64,000 bases of DNA from a virus. Below the pieces are notes generated by a model. The model worked only from the letters and a program-made list of their open reading frames with translations, did not search any database and had not been told where the DNA came from. Location: the IMG/VR virus record IMGVR_UViG_3300029258_002996; one strand, given 5' to 3'. The translations under genes and the position numbers were made by a program. Positions 47,332-57,463 of the stretch are shown piece by piece. Each line of letters starts with the position of its first letter. Within the stretch, counting starts at the first letter, position 1.

Positions 47332-48586
47332 CTGTCCACTTGATCCTTTCCATAACGTCATCGATAAACTCCGCACCACCGGGATCCACATCGTACTCAC
47401 TCCCGTACCAGAGCATCGCTAGACGTTGCATGTAATCTCGGTAAATCTGACCTTTGAATCTATTTCGAAACGATTCTTCATCGGTCACCCCGACCGCCAA
47501 CATCGCTTGCTTTTGATTTCCCCGAAATCTATCGAGGTGCAAGTCGATCATCCGGTCGATGTTCTTTTTCAACCATTCTTGAGGCAGCGGTGGTATTGGA
47601 GAATTTCGGATAATCTGTCCAAGAATATGATCGGTAGCGGTCGCTTGCTCGGCGTTCGTCTTGTACCTTTTGTAATCTTCAACGAACTTTTTCCGAAAAG
47701 CTTTCAGATCATCAAAACCCGCTTTCTTCGCAAGATCATCGTCGACTTCCGGATAGTTCACGATTTTTATCTCATGAACTGTGATCTCGACCTGCACGGT
47801 TTTCCCCAAAACCTCGGGGTCGTGTTTCGGCTCGAACTCCAGCTCGAACACGTCCCCCCTCTTGTGCTCCAGTAAAGCTTCCTGGATTTCAGGCACGACC
47901 ATTTCCCGCCATTCAATCCATTGATCTCGGATGGTGCCGTTGGGGTAAGGTTCTCCGTCGATTTCCGCGAGAATCGTAAGATTCAGATCGTGGTTCTCCT
48001 TGATCTGATCCTCACCTTCAGGAACTGCTACATGAGTTTTCTGATCTGCTTGAATTTCCTTGCAGCGACGTTCCCACTCTTCCTTCTCGCTCAAAACCGG
48101 TGGATAGGGACATGCAAAGTTGATCTCCTTTTTCGGTTTCAGCTTCGGAGTGAAGTAGACGACGGCCCCCAACTGAACTTGCTCGCCAGGTTCGAAATTG
48201 AAAAGCTCATAACCGTCAATAAACATAATTTCATCGTTGAGATGATCATGAATCTCGTTGATCAGAACCTCTGAGTACAGGCGCTTGACGCCGATCTGCT
48301 TCTCGACGATCTTGCGCGCATTTCGCGCTTTACCGCCCTTTTGTTTTTTACTCTTCGCCAACCGGGAAAGCTTCTTCTCGTTCTTCTCCCAGAACAAGTC
48401 GAACTTCGCCTTCAAGTCCTCGTAGTAAAACCAGCAGACGAGCCGATAAGGCTGCGCCAAGGGCTCGACTACGATAGGGGGGAGGGGCTCGCGCTCGGAC
48501 TCCTCCTCCTGCTCTGCACCAACGCCCTCTTCCTGGGCATCCTCAGTAAGGTCGGACGATGATTTCTGTTCGAGGTTCTCCGTCAT
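47261..48586 (-). CDS. tig: Trigger factor homolog (divergent)
   Basis: FKBP-like region (IDGEPY..MVVPEIQEALLEHKRGD...LGKTVQVEITVHEIK...PEVDDDLAKKAGFDDLKAFR) and C-terminal PLPQEWL. Confidence 0.8.
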   Translation of the reverse strand: MTENLEQKSSSDLTEDAQEEGVGAEQEEESEREPLPPIVVEPLAQPYRLVCWFYYEDLKAKFDLFWEKNEKKLSRLAKSKKQKGGKARNARKIVEKQIGVKRLYSEVLINEIHDHLNDEIMFIDGYELFNFEPGEQVQLGAVVYFTPKLKPKKEINFACPYPPVLSEKEEWERRCKEIQADQKTHVAVPEGEDQIKENHDLNLTILAEIDGEPYPNGTIRDQWIEWREMVVPEIQEALLEHKRGDVFELEFEPKHDPEVLGKTVQVEITVHEIKIVNYPEVDDDLAKKAGFDDLKAFRKKFVEDYKRYKTNAEQATATDHILGQIIRNSPIPPLPQEWLKKNIDRMIDLHLDRFRGNQKQAMLAVGVTDEESFRNRFKGQIYRDYMQRLAMLWYGSEYDVDPGGAEFIDDVMERIKWTDADETSVEELGSRSDQEDETLPG

Positions 48587-49010
48587 AATCCATATCTCCT
48601 TTAACTACCTTTCTACTGTGCTCCTCACGTACCAAACGATCATCTTCGATAACTACGGCCACCTTCATTCTACGGTTCCCGCGAACCGGGACCCCCTGCA
48701 TCGCATCAAAGATGAATGCGGGGAGATTGTCCAAATCGGGCTCATGGACCCGCTCTACATAGAATACCAAATCGACCGAAATTAGATAACTGATCGGTCT
48801 CCGACCCCCTTGTTTTTTGAATTGCCGATGGAGATCGACAGATGCCGCATCCCTCGCCGCGCGCATATCGGCGGAGTGATCGACAAAAGGCCCAATCTTT
48901 CTGCGGGGATTCCGGTACATAATCTCCAGATTGTTTTTCTGGACCCAAGATTTTCCCAAGATCAAAAATTTATAGGTAGGACGCTCTGGAAAATGAATCG
49001 GGCGGACCAT
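48543..49010 (-). CDS. rusA: RusA-family Holliday junction resolvase
   Basis: PDLDNL...FDAMQG...IEDDRLV...PRTEIIV. Confidence 0.85.
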   Translation of the reverse strand: MVRPIHFPERPTYKFLILGKSWVQKNNLEIMYRNPRRKIGPFVDHSADMRAARDAASVDLHRQFKKQGGRRPISYLISVDLVFYVERVHEPDLDNLPAFIFDAMQGVPVRGNRRMKVAVVIEDDRLVREEHSRKVVKGDMDYDGEPRTEIIVRPY

Positions 49011-49011
49011 G

Positions 49012-49269
49012 TCATTTGCAAACCAAGCTGTTGATGATCTGAACTACTCGATCATCTCCCCGAAACCACAGGTTCTTGACGATGTAGTCCCTTTCAATCG
49101 GACCTTGAACAAACAGTTCGCGCACCTTCCGTCCTCCGTAAGGTCCGTTAGTCAAGAGAATGTCGTCTCCCTCAACTTGGTAGCCTACGAGGTTTAGTTG
49201 CTTCTGCTGCCGTTTCGCAGCTTCGTGCGCCTTCTCGCGGCGAGCCATAGAAGCAGGTTTGTTCATCAA
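49012..49269 (-). CDS. Hypothetical protein
   Basis: Operonic ORF. Confidence 0.6.
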   Translation of the reverse strand: MMNKPASMARREKAHEAAKRQQKQLNLVGYQVEGDDILLTNGPYGGRKVRELFVQGPIERDYIVKNLWFRGDDRVVQIINSLVCK

Positions 49270-49733
49270 TGCGCTCTTCCTATGTTCGGTGGCATGGCGG
49301 AGATAACCTCGATACCCGAATCCTGACCTTGATGAGACTTGAGCGCGCCTTCGTACTGCTGAGTGAGCATTTTATCCGAACGTCGATCCTTAGAAAAAAT
49401 GTAGATAGATTCAGGATGGACGAGCTGATAAGGGAGGGTCTGCAAGATCAAAGAAGGCTTCTGGAACGCAGGAGCAATGCCCACGGAACGACCGTCTTCG
49501 CTCTGCTGCATCGGAACTTCCGCATAGAGCAACGGCCCATACAGAACCAAAAATCCTGCATCCGGATCCGGTAAGTCGTCGATACCACCCATCATCATGC
49601 GCCCGTTCACAGTGAGCAGAGCCATGTAGGTATCTTCAATCATCGGATTGACGAAAGGAGCGAATCCGAAGGTTTCTTCGATCCACGCTCCGAAATCAAC
49701 ATCCTTTTTTTGATCTTTCCGTTCATCTGTCAT
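49266..49733 (-). CDS. Hypothetical protein
   Basis: Operonic ORF. Confidence 0.65.
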   Translation of the reverse strand: MTDERKDQKKDVDFGAWIEETFGFAPFVNPMIEDTYMALLTVNGRMMMGGIDDLPDPDAGFLVLYGPLLYAEVPMQQSEDGRSVGIAPAFQKPSLILQTLPYQLVHPESIYIFSKDRRSDKMLTQQYEGALKSHQGQDSGIEVISAMPPNIGRAH

Positions 49734-51796
49734 CTCGCCACCTCTATCGCAGTAATACCATTTTTCTTCCGAGCTACCCAGGTTTCATTGAAACTGAGAA
49801 GATCATTTACGTGCCCCGAGTTGTCCGTGATCAGAATCGTCCCGGCAGGGATGTTCGTAAAGCTGCCCACGAGCTTCTCCGAGTTGCTCTGATCGACGAA
49901 CGCGAATATCTCATCGAGTAAGATCAAATTACAACCTTGACCATTTTGGACAGCCATATCGTGAAGCGCTCTGATCAGAGCGTTAGAGAGTTTACTCGTT
50001 TCCCCATCCGAGTAGAGCCGGGGATCGATGTTCTTCTCCCCGTCGATCACCTCGACGCTCACCTCGGACTTGAGGAGATCCTTGATGTCGCCCGCGCCCT
50101 TCTTCACCTTCTTCTCATCGAACGAGGAGAGATTCATCCGAACGGTCTCGCCCATTTCGGAAAGATATCGATTGATCTGCTCCGAGAGCATCCCGAGGGC
50201 TACGGACAACTTGTGCAACTTGATGTAGGGGATGTTCTGAATCAGCCAACCGAGAACTTCGACTTCGGCAAGCTGATCTGCGATTCTCTGTTCGGCGGAA
50301 AGGACATCGTCCTGAGCGCGTTGAATGTTTCCCTCAATCTCCGCAAGCTGATTGAGGTTATGATGGCACGATTGAGCCCACTCCTCGTACTGCTCGGCTT
50401 CTCGAACCGCCGCAGCAACGAGACCTTTTATTCGCGCCACCTCGGTTTGAAAGACCTGAACCTGTTGAGTAATCTGCTCGTACTCAGACGAGCTTTTCTG
50501 CATTTGGAGTTTCTTTTCCTGGACTTGTTGAGAAATCTCGGTGACTCGCTGTTGACGATCTCGGTAAGCTTCCTCCCGGGCTTTTTGAATCTCAGCCTCT
50601 TTCGCCTGCTGCTGACGAAGAAGATCGGCGTACTGTCCATCCTGAAATTGAATTTCCGATTGAAGCTCGCCAATATGTTTTTCGATCTGCACCTTTTTCG
50701 TCTTGGTGATTTTCGACCCGCAAGTCGGGCATTCATCGATGTTTCGAAAGTCTCCGGTTCGAAGAAAAGCTTGCAGAGTTCCCTTCGCTTGATCAAGCTT
50801 CGCCTTGGTATCGATCACCTGCTGTCGCAGAATCGGATCAAAAGATGGAAGATCCTGTTCGAGGGCTCTGGAGTTCCGAAGTGATCTTTCCTCGACCTCC
50901 AAATCCGCGATCTCCTGCGTGAGCGTTCCGATGCCGCTGCTCGCATATTTCTCCTGCTGTTTTTGCAAAAGTCTTTGAATCTGATCTTCCTTTGTTTCAA
51001 CCTCTTGAACCCATGCGGCGGCATCGTTGCGTTTTTGGTCTCGGGCAGCTACGTACTCACTCTCTTTTTGCGCCCAGTCGGTCTGTTCGAGATTCCTCTT
51101 CGACGTTTTCAACTGTTCTAAGGTTCCTTTGAGGTAGGAGATCTCCTCCTGAGCAGCTTGGACAGTCGACTGGAGATTGCTCTTCTCGGACCGACATCGA
51201 GAAAGAACTTGATCCCACTCCTCTATGCCGGTGACCCCCGTGAGGATGCCCACACGCTCCTTGTTCGTGCCTCGGAGAAACCTGGAACCTACCCGGTGGC
51301 TCAGGTAGGAAGTGGCGACAAAACGCTCGTAGGAGACCCCAAGCGCATTGATAAGGATCTGTCGGGTTTGGCTCATCTTCGAGCCCCGCGAGTCCCGCCA
51401 GGATCCGTCCACGAACTTATCGAGAAACAGCTCGGTCCCCTTGTAGACGGTTCCATTGTCATTGTCGGTGGGGTACATCTCCGGGTCCTTCCAGTCCCGG
51501 CAGTAGGTGACTCGATAGTAGATTCCTTCCCAGGAGACGAACTCGACTCGACCGGCGAATCCGTACTTCCAGACCTGGTTGACGACTCCGTTCCCGCTTA
51601 CGCCGGTCGGGTTCTCCCCGTAGAGGATCTCGCAGAGGGCGTTGAAAACGGAAGACTTGCCAGCTCCGTTCGAGTCGCCTCCGGTGTCCTCGTTCTCCCC
51701 GAGCAGGTTCACCAGCCCCCGCTGCTGGAGATCGATGTTCTCCGAACGACCGAACGAAAACAGGCCAGTGGGATTGAGATATCTAATCACCAACAT
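49730..51796 (-). CDS. sbcC: SbcC/Rad50/gp46-like ABC ATPase
   Basis: NGAGKSS Walker A, coiled coil, CPTC zinc hook, YSDGE signature, ILLDEIF Walker B. Confidence 0.9.
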   Translation of the reverse strand: MLVIRYLNPTGLFSFGRSENIDLQQRGLVNLLGENEDTGGDSNGAGKSSVFNALCEILYGENPTGVSGNGVVNQVWKYGFAGRVEFVSWEGIYYRVTYCRDWKDPEMYPTDNDNGTVYKGTELFLDKFVDGSWRDSRGSKMSQTRQILINALGVSYERFVATSYLSHRVGSRFLRGTNKERVGILTGVTGIEEWDQVLSRCRSEKSNLQSTVQAAQEEISYLKGTLEQLKTSKRNLEQTDWAQKESEYVAARDQKRNDAAAWVQEVETKEDQIQRLLQKQQEKYASSGIGTLTQEIADLEVEERSLRNSRALEQDLPSFDPILRQQVIDTKAKLDQAKGTLQAFLRTGDFRNIDECPTCGSKITKTKKVQIEKHIGELQSEIQFQDGQYADLLRQQQAKEAEIQKAREEAYRDRQQRVTEISQQVQEKKLQMQKSSSEYEQITQQVQVFQTEVARIKGLVAAAVREAEQYEEWAQSCHHNLNQLAEIEGNIQRAQDDVLSAEQRIADQLAEVEVLGWLIQNIPYIKLHKLSVALGMLSEQINRYLSEMGETVRMNLSSFDEKKVKKGAGDIKDLLKSEVSVEVIDGEKNIDPRLYSDGETSKLSNALIRALHDMAVQNGQGCNLILLDEIFAFVDQSNSEKLVGSFTNIPAGTILITDNSGHVNDLLSFNETWVARKKNGITAIEVAR

Positions 51797-52076
51797 TTTT
51801 TTTGCCTGGATAAACGGCCAGCACATCATTAGCGCCGTAACTCATGTCAAAGTCAGCCGCCGAAGGCATACGCAGCCACGGAACCGCTCCATCTTTAGGG
51901 ACCATGAACAAATCCTCGGGACAAACCATCAAGACGACAGCTCGATAATGACTGAAATTCTTATCCTCATCCAGAATCGGGAACTTGGCTTCGATTAAGC
52001 AATATTCGGAGTGCCCTATTTTCGGTTCAAAACCTAAAATCCGAATCTTCGGAGGTTCTATGAATACTCGATTCAT
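51783..52076 (-). CDS. Hypothetical protein
   Basis: Start MNRVFIE with ATGA overlap. Confidence 0.55.
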   Translation of the reverse strand: MNRVFIEPPKIRILGFEPKIGHSEYCLIEAKFPILDEDKNFSHYRAVVLMVCPEDLFMVPKDGAVPWLRMPSAADFDMSYGANDVLAVYPGKKNVGD

Positions 52077-52261
52077 AGGCCGTTTCTGTCGTTGAAGGAC
52101 CACCGATGGCAGTTGTCCTTGCGGTTGAAGACCTGGAACGTGCCCCCGCACTCGCACTTCTCGTCGAGTTTCTCCGGGAAGTCTTCGGTGTCGTTGCACA
52201 GCTCTTCGCGGTTGCGCTCGCACTTGTCGCACTTGTAGTTGACCAGCTTCATTTTCCACAC
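52073..52261 (-). CDS. FmdB-like zinc ribbon protein
   Basis: YKCDKC....E......CECGG. Confidence 0.7.
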   Translation of the reverse strand: MWKMKLVNYKCDKCERNREELCNDTEDFPEKLDEKCECGGTFQVFNRKDNCHRWSFNDRNGL

Positions 52262-52596
52262 CCCTTTCCAGAGAGAAAATCGCGAAGTATTCGGTTCCTC
52301 TTATCTCGATTCTCGTTCATCTTCAGACAAACCCAGCTTTCAGGGGGAAGCCCCAACAAGTTGTCGGTATCGTAGGACTCGTCGATATAGGCTTCGAGAA
52401 TGCGCCTTACAAGATCCTCATCGGGCGTCAAGTCTACCCAGATCTTCTCCTGTAAATACCTATTATATTTCTCAATCTGCTGATGAAGCTCGTCAATGAC
52501 AGAACGAAGTTCCGCATTTTCCTTCTTCAGTTTGGCTGGTTTAATTTCGTTTTCTAAGATTTGCTGTATTGTTTTCGGATGTGGGATTCCTACCAT
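52249..52596 (-). CDS. Hypothetical protein
   Basis: Operonic ORF. Confidence 0.6.
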   Translation of the reverse strand: MVGIPHPKTIQQILENEIKPAKLKKENAELRSVIDELHQQIEKYNRYLQEKIWVDLTPDEDLVRRILEAYIDESYDTDNLLGLPPESWVCLKMNENRDKRNRILRDFLSGKGCGK

Positions 52597-52598
52597 CT

Positions 52599-53711
52599 CT
52601 AACCCTCCTGAAGCATTCGTTGCAGGACCTCGAAGATTTTGTCCTGGTTGAGGTTACCGATATTGGCGAAACCGCTCCCGAGGTAAATCCCCAGGTCGTC
52701 GACCGCGTTCGTCGACGAGGTGAGGTCCACAACGGCTTCTTTTTGCTGAACCTTGTAATCCCGAATAATCTCGATGCTGCGCGCCATCATGATATCGGTG
52801 TAGTTCGCCCATTTCGGGTCGTCAGCCACGCGGTCTACGTCCTTGCGGTCACCGACGAGCTTCACCTCGACCGCCTGGTCGTCCACGTAGCGCTCGTCGA
52901 TCCGGATATCCTCGAACTTGGTGTCGGGACCGACCTCCCAGGTCTCCCGATGGAAGAAGTTCCGGGTGGGTTTGAACTCGGTCTCGACTTCCCAGCCGGA
53001 TCCGTTATTGGTCGCGGTCACTTCGAGCCATCCACGTTCCTGGTCCGCGTCTGCCCTGGTGCGCTGAAGCACAGCTCCGAGGTAACCACCTCTCGTGTTC
53101 CGGAACGGAATCTGCTGCGGAACGTGGACATCGCCGCCGAGCACAAAATCCCATTCCGGACGGTCAATCTCCGATACCGCAATTCCGTCCTGGAAAACCG
53201 CATCGCTGTTGTCGGCGATGAATGAGCCCCGAACTACGTTGTGGAAGATGAACAGATTGAATCTCTCTGGATCGACTTGGTAGTTCGCCATGTCGAAGGG
53301 TACGTCCGCAGGAAGGGAATGGATAACTGCGTTCCCGCAAGTAATCGACTCAGGAGTGTCCATCACAAAAAGGTACTGATCGGAATCCATCAAGTACTTC
53401 AAGGACTCGGAAGTGTGCCACCCACGGTCGTTCTTTGTCCAATCGTGGTTCCCCACTAAATGAAAATGAGGGACTGCCCGCTCCCCTTGCCGCGCAGATA
53501 GCAACGCCACGTCTGCCCGAACCTTCACCTCATCCTCGGGTTCGCGCTTCAGATAGCGGTCACCTCCGAACACCGAAAAGTCAAAACCTCCGTCTCGAAT
53601 ATAGTGATGAATCTGCGATTCCAGGTTCACCGTGTCGTCGAGAGTAATGCACCTCGCGGCCTTCCGGTCGTGGTGAATATCGCTATAAGCAAGAAAACGG
53701 ATCCGTTTCAT
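52599..53711 (-). CDS. sbcD: SbcD/Mre11/gp47-like metallophosphoesterase nuclease
   Basis: SDIH, GGD, VGNHD, FHN, GGDVH. Confidence 0.9.
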   Translation of the reverse strand: MKRIRFLAYSDIHHDRKAARCITLDDTVNLESQIHHYIRDGGFDFSVFGGDRYLKREPEDEVKVRADVALLSARQGERAVPHFHLVGNHDWTKNDRGWHTSESLKYLMDSDQYLFVMDTPESITCGNAVIHSLPADVPFDMANYQVDPERFNLFIFHNVVRGSFIADNSDAVFQDGIAVSEIDRPEWDFVLGGDVHVPQQIPFRNTRGGYLGAVLQRTRADADQERGWLEVTATNNGSGWEVETEFKPTRNFFHRETWEVGPDTKFEDIRIDERYVDDQAVEVKLVGDRKDVDRVADDPKWANYTDIMMARSIEIIRDYKVQQKEAVVDLTSSTNAVDDLGIYLGSGFANIGNLNQDKIFEVLQRMLQEG

Positions 53712-53986
53712 GCCTGGCTCCGGGCCAACAGAGAAGGGGAGTTCGTGACGGTGATGAAGGTCACGAGGAACGGGTAGATTGCCTTGGTGAACTTCTCCAA
53801 TTCATCCATTACGGCCTCTGGAGTTGAAGATGGGTTTGCGTGCGGAGAAGTCTTGAGAAAACGAAGAACGACGTACTTACAGATCAGATCAATATCCTCG
53901 ATTAGGAGATCCTCACCGAGCTGGATGAGCTGGTTTCGAACCAAGTGAAAGTAGGCTGTGCTACTGGGATCGAGCGTCGATTCCAT
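53708..53986 (-). CDS. Hypothetical protein
   Basis: Operonic ORF. Confidence 0.55.
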   Translation of the reverse strand: MESTLDPSSTAYFHLVRNQLIQLGEDLLIEDIDLICKYVVLRFLKTSPHANPSSTPEAVMDELEKFTKAIYPFLVTFITVTNSPSLLARSQA

Positions 53987-54992
53987 GTTTCTCCAGTACC
54001 GTCTTCTCGATGAAGCTCATCACGTCGGGATATTGGCTAAGAGCGAACGCGGCCTTATCCGATCCCTGACCGAGAGTGTTGTCCCCGTAGTAGTACCAAG
54101 CACCATTCTTCGAAATGATTTTGTTTTCGACTCCTTGCTGAAGAAGATCCTTGGTACGAGAGAAGCCGCTCCCGAAATACAGCTCCAAGATCTCCTCTTT
54201 GAAGGGCATTGCGATTTTGTTTTTGACAACCTTCAGTCGGACTTTCTGCCCTACGATTTCGTCCTTCGGGCCTTTAATCCTTCCGGCAGGCTTTACCTCA
54301 ATCCGCTGACTCGCGTAGAACTTGAGCGCACGACCTCCTGTGGTTGTTTCGTTGGACCCGTATATCACCCCAATTTTATGCCTGAGCTGATTTATGAAGA
54401 TCACAGTCGCGCCCGATCTCGAAACAATCGCCGTGAGCCTCCGCATAGCTTGGCTCATCATCCTAGCCTGCAATCCTACGTGCTGATCCCCCATCTCTCC
54501 CTTCAGCTCCAGCTCAGGAACGAGATTGGCAACAGAATCGACCACAATGATGTCGCCCGGCTGCATGTTCTCACAAAAGGCTTCGACCGCTGACAGAGCT
54601 TTCTCACCGGAATCCGGCTGTCCGAAAAGAAGCCTCGAAACATCCACCCCTAGCTCCTGCGCATATGGAAGACTGACTGCATGCTCTACGTCGACGAAAG
54701 CACCAACGCCGCCCCGAGATTGAGCAGAAGCGACAGCTTGCAAAGCCAACGTGGTTTTTCCGGAACCTTCGGATCCAAACAACTCCACGATTCGACCTTG
54801 CGGATAACCCCCACCCAAAATGAGATCGACGCTCAAGAGTCCGGAAGGAATGGTGGGGATATTCTCGATCTTATTGGCATCCGCCACCGTGAAATCCTCG
54901 AACTCAGATCCTACTTGAATCTTCTTCAGAATTTCTGCGGTACGGCTCAATTCCTTCTTAGGTTCTTTTTCCTTTGTTTTTTTCTTCGCCAT
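53961..54992 (-). CDS. recA: RecA recombinase
   Basis: GRIVELFGSEGSGKTT, VVDSVANL, GLQARMMSQAMR, FINQLR, ETTTGGRALKFYAS, VVKNK. Confidence 0.97.
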   Translation of the reverse strand: MAKKKTKEKEPKKELSRTAEILKKIQVGSEFEDFTVADANKIENIPTIPSGLLSVDLILGGGYPQGRIVELFGSEGSGKTTLALQAVASAQSRGGVGAFVDVEHAVSLPYAQELGVDVSRLLFGQPDSGEKALSAVEAFCENMQPGDIIVVDSVANLVPELELKGEMGDQHVGLQARMMSQAMRRLTAIVSRSGATVIFINQLRHKIGVIYGSNETTTGGRALKFYASQRIEVKPAGRIKGPKDEIVGQKVRLKVVKNKIAMPFKEEILELYFGSGFSRTKDLLQQGVENKIISKNGAWYYYGDNTLGQGSDKAAFALSQYPDVMSFIEKTVLEKHGIDARSQ

Positions 54993-54994
54993 CT

Positions 54995-56485
54995 CTACCA
55001 CTTCCTACGCTTGGCTCCCGGAGGTTGATCTCCTCCCGGAGGGGCGCTTCTGTCCGGAGGCTGCGCATGAGCGGGTTGCTGAAATCCCGGAGCAGTCGGA
55101 ATCGGCGGCTGAGGTTGCACTGCGGGCGGCTGCTGCGGAATCGGCGCTTGGGGCTGAGCCGGAGCCGTCTGAGCCGGAAGTTGCTGTTGCGGAGGCGCTC
55201 CCGGAGGGGGCGAACCCGCAGGGGCCGGAGGTTGAGCCGCTGGAGGAGTTCCCGGAGGAGGCGGGCTGCCCGGAATCGGTGTGCCAATCTGCGCCCCCGG
55301 AGGAGGCGAGCCGGGAGGAGGGGGAGCCATTGCGGCAGTACCCGCAGGCTGAGCGGGGGGAGCGCCCTGCGGAGCGGGAGGCGCCCCCTGCTGCTGCGGT
55401 AGAGATCCGGAAGCTCCCATCGGAGGCGCTCCAGGGGGCAACTGAGCGCCCGAAAAAGCCGGAGCAGTGTTGTACTCCTGCGGAACCTGCGTCTGCTGTC
55501 CTTGCGGAACGTTGGCCGATTCCCGAAGCTGAGAAATGTAAAAACGGCCCTCTTCGTAGGAAAGTTGATGCAGGTACTGCGTCGGGTCCACCTGAGACTG
55601 CTGGTTCCTGATGTAGTCCGTCCATTCTTGCGGATAGAGATGCATTTTTCCCATGTAAGAAACCGAGTACTTCGTGTTTCTCAGATTGTTGCCCTCGCAC
55701 TCGCTGGTATCCTTCGTGACGGTGATGATCGGCCAGCCTTGAGGCGTGGGCTCGAAGAAGGGGAATCCTCCAGGAGTCATCTCATAGAGGTTCCACAACT
55801 CAGTGTAGACCGACTTCGGGGCGTACCAAATCTGGTGGTGGACCCCCTCCTCTCCGTCATCGAGCTTGCGAACCCCGGTGAATTTGTCATGATCAAACAC
55901 TGACACGATGCACCGGTCGGTTGTACCCAGCTCCTTGGCGGTCCGATGTGTCGCGCTAAGAATGGGATCCCGTTTGATTTGGTCCCAATAGCCTTCGTTA
56001 CTGAGACCCTTCTTGTCGACACCGATGGAATCCCAACGCTCATTGTGGCTATCCCACATCTGGGAAGCCTCTTCGCAAAATGCGCAACGAGGCATGTCGT
56101 ACAGCGGTTGCTTACCTAGAGTCTCAGTCAAGTACCTGTTAAATTCGATGGGACATATGACGTTCGCGTGACCAACCTTGCCATCCTTATGGTGAAACTT
56201 CCGAACCTGATGAACCGCGATTCTCAGGTAAAACGTCTGCAAAGGATTGTTCGCGTCCAGCGAGACCAACCCCCCGCCGCCCGCGATTCCGTACTTCTGA
56301 GCGTCCTCCACTGTGGGGTTGAACAGCGCCCAGTTGTTCGGAGAGAACAACGGAATGATCACTTGATTTCGATTTGTTTGCTTCGCCTTGTCGGGAAGCG
56401 GTCGGTAGAAATCGAGAGACCAAGATCCCTTCCCGCCGTCCATCGACTCCTTGTCTTGTTGGTAAGGCATATTGAAGTTGCTCAT
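54995..56485 (-). CDS. gp32-like single-stranded DNA-binding protein with Pro/Gln-rich tail
   Basis: H...ICP....CAFC Zn site, TKY motif; located between the uvsY-like gene and recA. Confidence 0.6.
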   Translation of the reverse strand: MSNFNMPYQQDKESMDGGKGSWSLDFYRPLPDKAKQTNRNQVIIPLFSPNNWALFNPTVEDAQKYGIAGGGGLVSLDANNPLQTFYLRIAVHQVRKFHHKDGKVGHANVICPIEFNRYLTETLGKQPLYDMPRCAFCEEASQMWDSHNERWDSIGVDKKGLSNEGYWDQIKRDPILSATHRTAKELGTTDRCIVSVFDHDKFTGVRKLDDGEEGVHHQIWYAPKSVYTELWNLYEMTPGGFPFFEPTPQGWPIITVTKDTSECEGNNLRNTKYSVSYMGKMHLYPQEWTDYIRNQQSQVDPTQYLHQLSYEEGRFYISQLRESANVPQGQQTQVPQEYNTAPAFSGAQLPPGAPPMGASGSLPQQQGAPPAPQGAPPAQPAGTAAMAPPPPGSPPPGAQIGTPIPGSPPPPGTPPAAQPPAPAGSPPPGAPPQQQLPAQTAPAQPQAPIPQQPPAVQPQPPIPTAPGFQQPAHAQPPDRSAPPGGDQPPGAKRRKW

Positions 56486-57135
56486 CCGTTCCTCCTACTT
56501 TCCATGTTTTCAATGAGCCTCCGTTCATCCAAAGGCTCGACGTTCGACTTCTTCGCTCTGAGCATCCGAGCGTACAGATCCAGATGGAACGACCTCGAAT
56601 GCAACCTCTCTGCTGTTATTTGTACCAATTCCAAGCCCTCTCGCAGCGAGTGGGCGGTGTCCATCAAGGTTTCGTAGTACCAAGGAGGGTCGAAATAAAG
56701 ATATTTATACATAGATTTCACAAATTCTTCTTCGGACTCGTAAAGCTTTTTTGTGGAAGCCACTCCAAACGCTGTCGTGCCGTACTTATTTCTTTCGTTC
56801 TGAGTTGTGTCGGCGGAATAGAGAATAACTGTAGTATCGATGATGGAATCCACGGTGGGTTTAGACTCTCCATAAGAAGTTAAAACATATTTCGCGAACC
56901 TCTTATTATGAGCCCACCATTTTTTCATCCAGCCTTCCTTGAATCTCTCGTAGCGGGTTTTCAACCGAACTGTCAGCGCCTCCCAGTAGGCTTGCGTAGA
57001 GGACTGAGTCCTCAGAAGAGTTTCGATATCTTCCGCATCGAAACGAAGCATCTCGACGATATCGGCCTCTTCCTTACTCTCGTTCACCGTCGCCATTACC
57101 CCGTTCGGAGTTATCTGGATCCCGAAATCGCTCAT
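56482..57135 (-). CDS. UvsY-like recombination mediator
   Basis: Helical protein ending ERLHSRSFHLDLYARM; genomic context. Confidence 0.5.
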   Translation of the reverse strand: MSDFGIQITPNGVMATVNESKEEADIVEMLRFDAEDIETLLRTQSSTQAYWEALTVRLKTRYERFKEGWMKKWWAHNKRFAKYVLTSYGESKPTVDSIIDTTVILYSADTTQNERNKYGTTAFGVASTKKLYESEEEFVKSMYKYLYFDPPWYYETLMDTAHSLREGLELVQITAERLHSRSFHLDLYARMLRAKKSNVEPLDERRLIENMESRRNG

Positions 57136-57463
57136 TCTCACTCTCTGGCTCGCGCATCCGCTGCGCCATCGCCCGGCGCACTCGATTGCGACCATACGTT
57201 TGCTTACCGAGACTTTCGCCCCCGGTTCTTACCCTACTCGCCGTTCCTTTCTCAATTCTCTCGGCTTCCTCCTTCACAATTTTTGAACCCATCGAGTCCA
57301 AAGGAACCTTGCGCTTCTGGTAGAACCCACAATTCCCGCAAAAAACTTTCTCGATTCGATACGCACTCGTAACGATCAGTCCTCTGGACCTCAACCACCT
57401 CCTACAGCGCGGACACCTCTCGTCGAGATGCCACTGACTTTTGTAAATTTTTTGATCTTCCAT
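57074..57463 (-). CDS. Zn-ribbon protein
   Basis: CPRC...CGNCG. Confidence 0.55.
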   Translation of the reverse strand: MEDQKIYKSQWHLDERCPRCRRWLRSRGLIVTSAYRIEKVFCGNCGFYQKRKVPLDSMGSKIVKEEAERIEKGTASRVRTGGESLGKQTYGRNRVRRAMAQRMREPESENERFRDPDNSERGNGDGERE

